In this document: positions 56,847-64,000 of the stretch, one piece after another | How the letters are laid out: each line of letters opens with the position of its first letter | Numbering within the stretch: the stretch's first letter is position 1 | Virus record (IMG/VR): IMGVR_UViG_3300029621_000179 | Direction: 5' to 3' (one strand) | DNA length: 64,000 nt | DNA from: a virus | Taxonomy: Duplodnaviria > Heunggongvirae > Uroviricota > Caudoviricetes | The notes under the pieces: model-generated | What the model was told of the DNA's origin: nothing | What the model saw: the letters and a program-made list of their open reading frames with translations, nothing else | The model's database searches: none | Program-made: the position numbers and the translations under genes

Positions 56847-57179
56847 ATGCCGTATGTGTGGGGCGGAAGTTCCCCAAGCACCAGTTTTGACTGCTCCGGC
56901 TTCGTTTGCTGGGTCATCAATAACAGCGGCAATGGGTGGAGCGTTGGGCGTACAACAGCCAACGGTCTGCGCGGAAAGTGCAGCTATGTTTCTCCTGCGG
57001 ATGCACAGCCTGGTGACTTGATCTTCTTTGAGAAAACCTATAACACCGTTGGCGCGTCGCACGTTGGAATCTACGTCGGCAATGGCATGATGATCCACTG
57101 CGGCGACCCCATTTCCTATACCAGCATCAATTCGACCTACTGGCAAAGCCACTTTTTAGGCTTTGGCCGCATCAACTGA
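56847..57179 (+). CDS. NlpC/P60 (C40) family peptidase, stand-alone catalytic domain
   Basis: YVWGGSSPSTSFDCSGFV catalytic Cys motif, with downstream H and H residues; 110 aa. Confidence 0.65.
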   Translation: MPYVWGGSSPSTSFDCSGFVCWVINNSGNGWSVGRTTANGLRGKCSYVSPADAQPGDLIFFEKTYNTVGASHVGIYVGNGMMIHCGDPISYTSINSTYWQSHFLGFGRIN

Positions 57180-57190
57180 AAGGAGGGCCG

Positions 57191-57463
57191 ATGGGCAAAA
57201 AATTACAGAAATATCTGGATGAAGCCGAAAAAACGGAACAGCAGATCGCGGAACTGGAAGAACGGCTGAGAACCATCCGGGCAGCACAGAAAAAGGAAGA
57301 GGACAGCGAGATCATCCGTGCCATCCGCAGCACCAAGATGGGCGGGCGCGAACTGCTGGCTCTGCTGGACAACATTCAGGCGGGCAACGTGACGTTCCTG
57401 ACCGCTGTGAACAATGCTTCGGAGGAAGCGGAAACGGAGGAAGCGATTGAAAAAGATGCTTAA
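57191..57463 (+). CDS. coiled-coil protein (DUF4315-like?)
   Basis: RBS AAGGAGGG; 90 aa helical and charged; commonly paired with DUF4366 in Clostridia ICEs (from memory). Confidence 0.35.
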   Translation: MGKKLQKYLDEAEKTEQQIAELEERLRTIRAAQKKEEDSEIIRAIRSTKMGGRELLALLDNIQAGNVTFLTAVNNASEEAETEEAIEKDA

Positions 57464-58120
57464 ACGGCTGGGTGTTGTTATTCCCAGCACAATTCTGACC
57501 CTGCTGATGGCAGTGGGCCTTTCGACACCGGCCTTTGCTTATGTGGATACCACTGCGGTGGCGGAGGAACCTATGCAGGTGGTCGAGGAAGCCGAGCCAA
57601 CGGAGGAAGAAAAGATCCCGTTCACCATCGCAGGCAACGGCGAGGTGGAGGACAACATCGTAGATGACCCCAGCAAGGAGTTCTTCACAGTAAAGACCAC
57701 GGGCGGCAACACGTTCTTTCTGGTGATTGACCGGGCGCGGAACAGCTTGTCTGTGAGCAGACAAAAAAGCAAAAACCGGACATTGTTCTCCATGACAGTG
57801 GAGTTTTGGTGGCACAGACGATTTACGGATTTGATAGTTCGGTTATGAAGAAAATCGAAAAGTTTCTTCGAGAACAAAAGCCAGAACTGTTGCATCATCA
57901 GAAGTTTTTGGAGAATGGCACCGCAGAACGTGCCAAGGAATCCGGCACAGAGCAGAATTACAACATGATTGATGGCTGTGTCAATAATAATCCGAAGAAA
58001 CCGCGTATCATCGGAAATCGGATTTCAGTCCTTGACCGCCTGCACATCAAGCTGGAAGAGCGAAAACAGAAAAGTCAGCCCCAACAGCTACAGCAGCAGG
58101 AGAGAAGCCGGAAAAGTTAA
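57456..58120 (+). pseudogene. DUF4366-like ICE protein, apparently frameshifted near 57730-57760
   Basis: Signal/TM N-terminus, acidic linker, then GNGEVEDNIVDDPSKEFFTVKTTGGNTFFLVIDRA; frame 0 stops at 57848, while the -1 frame is open and protein-like from 57731 to 58120. Confidence 0.4.
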
Positions 58121-58287
58121 AAATCCGATACAGTGCAGAGTGGTGGTTCCCTAAAAGGAGCCGCCACTCTTGTTTTTTGTAACCGAAATGGAAACAAAAT
58201 ATTATGAGGATTAAAAATAGTTTCCAAATGATTGATATTCTTGGTGAGAGAGCGTATAATATAAGTACAAGAATAGGAGGCGATTAT

Positions 58288-58665
58288 ATGCTGGATGTAA
58301 ATATGATAATTGCAAACAACATTCAGGCTGAACTGAAAAAAGAAAACAAAAAGCAAGTTGATCTGGCAGAAGGAATTGGAGTCTCCAAGCAGACAATGAG
58401 CAAAATCATGAATGGTGCAAGAGCAATCAACGCGATTGAACTTCATAAGATTTCTGAATACCTTCATGTGTCGATGGATTCTCTGATGAAGATGCCGGAA
58501 AAGTCGATGGACACAAATGTGATTCATGCGTTTATGGGGCGTGTTAAAACTGAGGAAGCAAGAAAGGGAATCCAGCTTGCGGATGAACTGTCCGATATGA
58601 TTCTGTTCCATACTAGGGTGTGCGAGAATGGCAAAAAGATGGAGCAGCCCTGGGAGGATAAGTGA
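58288..58665 (+). CDS. XRE-family HTH transcriptional regulator
   Basis: RBS AGGAGG; helix-turn-helix QVDLAEGIGVSKQTMSKIMNG. Confidence 0.7.
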   Translation: MLDVNMIIANNIQAELKKENKKQVDLAEGIGVSKQTMSKIMNGARAINAIELHKISEYLHVSMDSLMKMPEKSMDTNVIHAFMGRVKTEEARKGIQLADELSDMILFHTRVCENGKKMEQPWEDK

Positions 58666-59483
58666 TGAACAATGTTCTGGAAGATAGCCTCTTTGTAAGC
58701 CAAAACAAGAAATTTGATGAAATCCAATCCATCGTCAGACAGTTCTCGGCAGAGTATGTCGGCAATTCAATTATCAAGGATAATATCTTTGCTGTCATAC
58801 AGAACTATGCCAGAAAGAAAGAAATCGCGCTGGAAATGCTTCGTTACCCGATCCATGATGATGAATTATGGGCGTTGACTTTTTTGAAGCAGGATACGAT
58901 TTTTGTGTGCGTAAATACAGCACTTCCGCTTTGTAAGCAGTTTTTTGCGGCGGCGCATGAACTGTATCATATCTACTGCTATGTGGAAAATGCAGACCAG
59001 AGCTATATAAAAAATGGTTCTATGCTGGATTCGGCAACAGGGGATGAAACAGGAAGAACACAGGAGGATTTGGAAGCAAATGCCTTTGCAGGGCTTCTTC
59101 TGATGCCGGATCAACTGCTCCATGAGCAGATTCTGCTGTATGGGCTTGATAAAGATTTGGTTACGGTAGATTCTGTCCTGATGCTTATGGATATGTTTGC
59201 AATGCCCTATAAGGCAGTTGTACTGCGTTTGTTTGAAAGCGGAAACATATCTCATCAGCAGGCTGAAAAGCTGCTGGAGGTAGGCTCTGCGGACGTAATA
59301 GAAAGAGTATCGCTGACAGGTAAAGCAAAACGTTGGCAGCTCGACGGCAAAGGAACAGAATCTTTTGGCACACTCCTTGAGAAAGTTGAGTACAACAGAC
59401 AGCATGAGTATCTGACAGAATCCAGAGAAAAAGAAGATGTGGCCTACCTTACTCAACTGAAAAAAGAGTACGGCTTGGATTGA
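58662..59483 (+). CDS. ImmA/IrrE-family metallopeptidase (M78, HEXXH)
   Basis: AAHELYHIYCY zinc-binding motif; start overlaps the XRE gene stop. Confidence 0.7.
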   Translation: MMNNVLEDSLFVSQNKKFDEIQSIVRQFSAEYVGNSIIKDNIFAVIQNYARKKEIALEMLRYPIHDDELWALTFLKQDTIFVCVNTALPLCKQFFAAAHELYHIYCYVENADQSYIKNGSMLDSATGDETGRTQEDLEANAFAGLLLMPDQLLHEQILLYGLDKDLVTVDSVLMLMDMFAMPYKAVVLRLFESGNISHQQAEKLLEVGSADVIERVSLTGKAKRWQLDGKGTESFGTLLEKVEYNRQHEYLTESREKEDVAYLTQLKKEYGLD

Positions 59484-59499
59484 GGGAGGTCAGATCGAA

Positions 59500-60303
59500 G
59501 TGAAAAGATACGCACTGCTGGATACTGACTTCATTTCCAAAACGCACTCTGTTCAAGATGATGGCGGCAATCATTTGATTGATCGGGTCATGGAATTGCC
59601 GGAGTATGAGTTCTTTTGTCATGCGCAAATCGTGACGGAACTTAATCGGTATAATGCTGATACGCCAATCTGGTTGAGCGAGAAGGTTGGAGCGAAAAAG
59701 ATAAAAAGCTACACGGATCAGGAAATCCTTGAAAGCCTGTCACTTGTGCGAGGGCCGCTGGCGTGTGCGACTTATACGCAGATGTTAAAATTGGCCTGCG
59801 ATGCCTTTTCTAAGGATTACTTTTCGGAACATTATCGGGCATTGGAAGAGGCTGATTACGCGGCAATATCGAGAGAGGACTATTTGAAAGAGCTTGAACG
59901 ACTCGATATAGAAGTTGGTAAGAAAAACAATCTTGGAGAAATCAAGTCGTTTGTGCTATTACAGGTTTTGTCGGTGATGCTTGGTGAGCAGATCTATGTG
60001 TTCTGCTCCGATGATAAAAATGCTCGAAATGGAGCCACAAATTTTGAAGATGTTCGGTGCATCAGTCTGGTATCAGTATTCTCACGCTTAAAAGAAGAAT
60101 CAAACTGGACACTTGCCGATGCTGAGCCGTACATTGAATCACTCATTGCATTTTATCGGGATCATCACCAGACTACTTTCCGTGTAATGGAAGCGTCTGA
60201 GGTCAGAAGATTGCAACGGATACCATGCAGGCAGGTGTTGCAGGAAATCTTTGATGGGAAATTTATTGAACTAAAAAATGGTATGCTGCGGTACAAGCAG
60301 TAA
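59500..60303 (+). CDS. hypothetical protein, PIN-like N-terminus
   Basis: GTG start after GAGGGAGG; MKRYALLDTDFI resembles the first PIN motif; third gene of the XRE/ImmA operon. Confidence 0.3.
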   Translation: MKRYALLDTDFISKTHSVQDDGGNHLIDRVMELPEYEFFCHAQIVTELNRYNADTPIWLSEKVGAKKIKSYTDQEILESLSLVRGPLACATYTQMLKLACDAFSKDYFSEHYRALEEADYAAISREDYLKELERLDIEVGKKNNLGEIKSFVLLQVLSVMLGEQIYVFCSDDKNARNGATNFEDVRCISLVSVFSRLKEESNWTLADAEPYIESLIAFYRDHHQTTFRVMEASEVRRLQRIPCRQVLQEIFDGKFIELKNGMLRYKQ

Positions 60304-60382
60304 GTGAAACGAATAGCCAGCGTATTGTGTGGACCACATGATACGCTGGCTATTTTTGTTTCTAGGGGACTTTGAAAACTGA

Positions 60383-61354
60383 TTAGAGGGACGGTTCGTA
60401 TTTTCGCGTGTGCTGCTGTTCGTGCTGCTGCACTTCTTGTTCTGCGCCGAGGATGCTGTCTACATTGGCACACACGGTCTGGAGTTCTTTGTGATAATCC
60501 TTGAAATAACGGTAAGTATCGTATTGGGCGTCCTTCTGAATCGTAAGCTGCTCTTTTTCTGCCCGGAGGTCTTTCATGGTAGGAAACTTCCCATCAGGCG
60601 AGTGCTGCTTCAGAATTTGAAGTGCTTCCTCATATTGGGCAAGTTCGTCCGAGTGAGCTTGACGGAAAATCTTCTTATTCGGAGCTTTTAGAAATTCTCC
60701 GTAAATGGATTTTGTGGAGAGATATTGACCAAGATAATGAATCTGCTCGTTTGTTTTTCGCAGCTTGCTTTCAGTGAGCTTTGCATCGCCGCGCGCTTTT
60801 GCCATTTTGGTATAGATGGCATCCGCAGTTTCGGAAAGATTCTCACGAGAATCATATCCATGCTCCTGCACATAGGCAACGGTCCGGGCCATCTGCTGCA
60901 GATTGGAAATTTTTACTTTCTGCGCATAAGCGCGGCTCTGCTGGGCTTTTACACAGGTTTGCAAGTCAATCACAAGGCGCAGATCGGACTTGATGAACAG
61001 TATGGCCATAGGATCATCTGCCGTCCAATGAGGGTTGTTCTGCATTGCTGTCCGTGCGTTTTCTGCAAAAATGCGGAGAAGCCTGTCGCGGTCATAATTG
61101 GAACCCAGTGCACGGGCTGAGATATACTTTTGTCGGTCAGCAGGCAGATAGCTGAATCGTCCTCGATGGTCTTTTACGGAAATTCCGTATTCTGCTTTCA
61201 GCAATCTCTGAAATTCTTCAAAAGATGTGGCACGTTCCGCAATGTCCGAAATGGCGTTGCGGATTTTTTCTTTGTCCGTTTCAAAAGTGGTGTGCATGGG
61301 AGTGATGCCCTCGATCATCCAGTACATATTGGAGTGCTTAAAAGAAAACAGCAC
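60383..61354 (-). pseudogene. relaxase/mobilisation protein, C-terminal portion only (N-terminal catalytic domain absent)
   Basis: 323 aa resembling the post-catalytic region of Firmicutes MobA/MobL relaxases; no upstream continuation in any frame. Confidence 0.4.
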
Positions 61355-61493
61355 TCAGATTCGGAACATCAAGCAATACCTGCTGGCAACACTCTATAAC
61401 GCACCTGTGACCGTGGATAGCTATTATTCCGCACAGGTTCGGCATGAATTTGGGTGGGGCAGCAGAGTAGATAAGAACTAGGAGGACAACCCC

Positions 61494-62156
61494 ATGAACA
61501 TCGTATTCATGAGTATGGACACGCTGCCCTCTACGCTGTGGGCGCGTGATCTGTACGACCAGATGCACATTCGCAGCGACTTCCGCAAGTGGTTTCCGCG
61601 TATGTGCCAGTATGGTTTCATCGAGGGCCGCGACTACGAGTATATGTCTCGTGTCCGGCTGCAGGACGAGGGCGGGCGCACGGTGCAGCGGTATGTGAAA
61701 GACTACCGTATTACGCAGGACATGGCAAAGAAGCTCTGCAAGCTGCACCACACGGCAGTCGGTGCGACGTACCATCCGCAGCCGTTTGACTGGGATGCGC
61801 TGCTGGGCCTGCTGCATAAGAAGCCGCCGCGCCGGAGCAGCTACGAAGCGCAACTGAGCGATTCCGATTCGCTGGTTACGACTACGCAGATCGCCAAAGA
61901 GTACGGCTGCGGAGCCAAGGTGTTCAATCGGCTGCTGCATCTGCACGGTATTCAGTACCGTGCCAACGGTCAGTGGGTGCTGTACTCGGAACACCACGGT
62001 AAGGGCTATACGTCCAGCCTGACATTCCGGCTCCAGCGCAGCGATGGTTCCGAGGTGGAAAAGCTGCATACAGCATGGACGCAGAAAGGCCGGAAGTTCC
62101 TTTACCACACTTTGAAGCGGCGCGGTGTGCTGCCGCTGGCTGAACAGGGAGGTTAA
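61494..62156 (+). CDS. AntA/KilAC-domain antirepressor-like protein
   Basis: RBS AGGAGG; AntA-like N-terminus (FRKWFPRMCQYGFIEGRDY) and KilAC-like C-terminus (TTTQIAKEYGCGAKVFNRLLHLHGIQYRANGQWVL). Confidence 0.6.
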   Translation: MNIVFMSMDTLPSTLWARDLYDQMHIRSDFRKWFPRMCQYGFIEGRDYEYMSRVRLQDEGGRTVQRYVKDYRITQDMAKKLCKLHHTAVGATYHPQPFDWDALLGLLHKKPPRRSSYEAQLSDSDSLVTTTQIAKEYGCGAKVFNRLLHLHGIQYRANGQWVLYSEHHGKGYTSSLTFRLQRSDGSEVEKLHTAWTQKGRKFLYHTLKRRGVLPLAEQGG

Positions 62157-62160
62157 GCCT

Positions 62161-62346
62161 ATGAATTTTACCGACAATCCGTTTGAACGCATGATGCGCC
62201 AGCGTCCGGGAACGGACAGCGGCCATCCCTGCAAGCACTGCCGGCACAAATGGGAGTGCGGCTATCTGCTGCACCAGTGCCGCAAGAAGTTCCGCTCGGT
62301 GCTGGGCGATACCGCACCGCCTGCAGCTGGGGCAGTCTGCCCCTGA
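62161..62346 (+). CDS. small Cys-rich hypothetical protein
   Basis: 61 aa; RBS GGGAGG; CKHCRHKWECGYLLHQC. Confidence 0.35.
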   Translation: MNFTDNPFERMMRQRPGTDSGHPCKHCRHKWECGYLLHQCRKKFRSVLGDTAPPAAGAVCP

Positions 62347-62377
62347 TGCAGCGGTGATAGATGGGAGGTGAGCAACC

Positions 62378-62875
62378 GTGCAGGAAGAAGTCAACGAGAA
62401 AACCATCTCGCTCTGCATCAAAGGAGGAAAAATCACGGCACAGATTTTGAAAGCGGCCCTGATAAAGCTGCTGGCAGAGATGGACAAGAAGAAACAGCAG
62501 GCGAAAGGAGAAAAAAGCCAATGTAAGAAAACAGGTCGGCAGAGCATCAAGAGCCTGCAAAAGAGCGGCGCGCAGATTACGAACATCGTTGTCACGGACA
62601 ATAACATCAAGTCGTTTGACCGGGTAGCCCGGAAATACGGCATTGATTACAGTCTGAAAAAGGTGGAACAGGAGGGAAAAAGCGAATATCTGGTCTTTTT
62701 CAAGGCCAAGGATGTGGATGTTATGACCGCCGCCTTTAAGGAATACACCAGCGAAACGCTGAAAAAGCAGAAGCGTGAATCGGTACGCCAGAAGCTGGAA
62801 AAGGTGAAAGTGGAACTTTCCAATCACCGTCAGCTCAAGAAAGAAAAGAAGAGGGAGCAGGAACCAATACGATGA
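62378..62875 (+). CDS. PcfB-like (DUF3801) conjugation-associated protein
   Basis: GTG start after GGGAGGTGA; ISLCIKGGKITAQ...YGIDYSL...YLVFFKAKD pattern recalled for the DUF3801/PcfB family; immediately upstream of the coupling protein. Confidence 0.5.
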   Translation: MQEEVNEKTISLCIKGGKITAQILKAALIKLLAEMDKKKQQAKGEKSQCKKTGRQSIKSLQKSGAQITNIVVTDNNIKSFDRVARKYGIDYSLKKVEQEGKSEYLVFFKAKDVDVMTAAFKEYTSETLKKQKRESVRQKLEKVKVELSNHRQLKKEKKREQEPIR

Positions 62876-63957
62876 AGAATCTGAAAAAACCTGCCCGTCT
62901 GCCGCGCAAAGCACCGTCCAACCAGACGGGCGGCACGGCATGGGGCAAAAAGCTGGCTGCAGAGTTCAGCAGGATAGTGCAGTCGGCAGATATGAAAAAG
63001 CTGATCCTGCTGAATTTTCCGTACATCATCGCCTTTTATATGGTGGAAAAGGCCGCATGGCTCTACCGTCATTGCAATGGCGATTCCGTGGTGGACAGGC
63101 TGATGGTTCTTTTTATGAACTTTGGCCTGGCCTACAAAAGTATCTCGCCCAGTTTTCACCCGTTCGACCTGATGGTGGGTCTGGTCGGCGCAGCTGCGCT
63201 GAAAGCAGTGATCTACTTCAAAGGGAAGAACGCGAAGAAGTATCGGCAAGGCGAGGAATATGGCTCTGCCCGGTGGGGCAACCAGAAGGACATCGAACCT
63301 TTTATTGACCCGGTATTCGAGAACAACGTCATCCTCACACAGACCGAACGGCTGATGATGAGTGGTAGACCAAAGCATCCGAAGTATGCTCGTAATAAAA
63401 ACGTCATTGTGATCGGCGGCAGCGGAAGCGGTAAGACCCGATTCTACGTCAAGCCCAACTTGATGCAGATGCCCCAAAAGGTAAGCTATGTCATAACTGA
63501 TCCCAAGGGTACAATTATTATCGAGTGCGGAAAGATGCTCTCGGATGCCGGGTATAAAATCAAAGTCCTGAACACCATCAATTTCCGAAAATCCATGCAC
63601 TATAACCCTTTCCATTACATCCGCAGTGAAAAGGATATTCTGAAACTGGTCAATACCATCATCGCCAATACAAAGGGCGATGGCGAGAAGTCCGGCGAGG
63701 ATTTCTGGGTCAAGGCCGAACGCCTGCTCTACTGCGCACTGATCGGCTACATCTGGTATGAGGCCCCGGAGGAGGAACAGAACTTCTCCACGCTGCTGGA
63801 GTTCATCAACGCCAGCGAAGCCCGTGAGGATGATGAAACCTTCAAAAATGCCGTAGATGAGCTTTTTGAGGAACTGGAACAGAAGAAGCCGGAGCATTTT
63901 GCAGTCCGCCAGTATAAGAAATACAAGCTGGCTGCCGGTGATATATGCTCTAAGTGA
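62872..63957 (+). CDS. VirD4/TraG-type type IV coupling protein, C-terminally truncated
   Basis: Two N-terminal TM segments and Walker A VIVIGGSGSGKTRF; it ends at ~360 aa, whereas the family is typically ~600 aa. Confidence 0.65.
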   Translation: MKNLKKPARLPRKAPSNQTGGTAWGKKLAAEFSRIVQSADMKKLILLNFPYIIAFYMVEKAAWLYRHCNGDSVVDRLMVLFMNFGLAYKSISPSFHPFDLMVGLVGAAALKAVIYFKGKNAKKYRQGEEYGSARWGNQKDIEPFIDPVFENNVILTQTERLMMSGRPKHPKYARNKNVIVIGGSGSGKTRFYVKPNLMQMPQKVSYVITDPKGTIIIECGKMLSDAGYKIKVLNTINFRKSMHYNPFHYIRSEKDILKLVNTIIANTKGDGEKSGEDFWVKAERLLYCALIGYIWYEAPEEEQNFSTLLEFINASEAREDDETFKNAVDELFEELEQKKPEHFAVRQYKKYKLAAGDICSK

Positions 63958-64000
63958 CTTCTTAATCATGATTTTGTCATGGTTAGTGAAGCAATCACTT

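Noticed and set aside
57414-57455. Upstream ATG (57414) for the DUF4366 gene giving a poly-Arg/Lys N-terminus
   Set aside because: It lies 50 nt inside the preceding gene. The internal ATG at 57456 yields a typical signal/TM N-terminus (MLKRLGVVIPSTILTLLMAVGL).

Overview
The window is a GC-rich (~55%) Firmicutes/Clostridia-like stretch, almost entirely + strand. Positions 1 to ~56.5 kb are the right-hand ~56 kb of a siphovirus-type (pro)phage, and the last ~7.5 kb look like a decayed integrative/conjugative element (ICE). Phage replication module: DUF2800 PD-(D/E)XK nuclease, DUF2815, family-A DNA polymerase, VRR-NUC, an SNF2 helicase broken by an in-frame TAA, a MazF-like protein, and a prim-pol/SF3 primase-helicase followed by an iteron/inverted-repeat origin-like site. 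DNA-methylation module: a phage-encoded S-adenosylmethionine synthetase (MetK), an HNH nuclease, a ParB-fused N6A/N4C methyltransferase and a large, probably multispecific, C5-cytosine methyltransferase. Accessory region (19.7-29.8 kb): two amidoligase-like genes and two AIG2/GGCT (gamma-glutamyl cyclotransferase-like) genes, followed by a tandem array of small-gene transcription units. A near-identical ~75 bp promoter/leader element is present in at least nine copies here; one copy has been cut off from its gene by an IS3-family insertion with a programmed -1 frameshift. Morphogenesis module (29.9-55.9 kb): P27-family TerS, TerL, portal, ClpP-like protease, HK97 capsid, connectors, major tail protein, G/G-T chaperones, ~1970 aa tape measure, Dit, Tal, and two paralogous tail fibres ending in SGNH-hydrolase domains. 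Inside the tail operon sit two morons: an SPFH/prohibitin gene bracketed by duplicated hairpins, and an antisense Abi_2 (AbiD/F-like) abortive-infection gene with its own promoter and a terminator hairpin in its leader. The ICE-like remnant (56.5-64 kb) has a small NlpC/P60 peptidase, a frameshifted DUF4366 gene, an XRE/ImmA/PIN-like trio, an N-terminally truncated relaxase on the minus strand, AntA/KilAC, PcfB-like and a truncated VirD4-type coupling protein. The candidate new biology is the phage-borne, promoter-multiplexed amidoligase/AIG2 system together with a MetK-fuelled double methyltransferase module and the tandem small-gene array.
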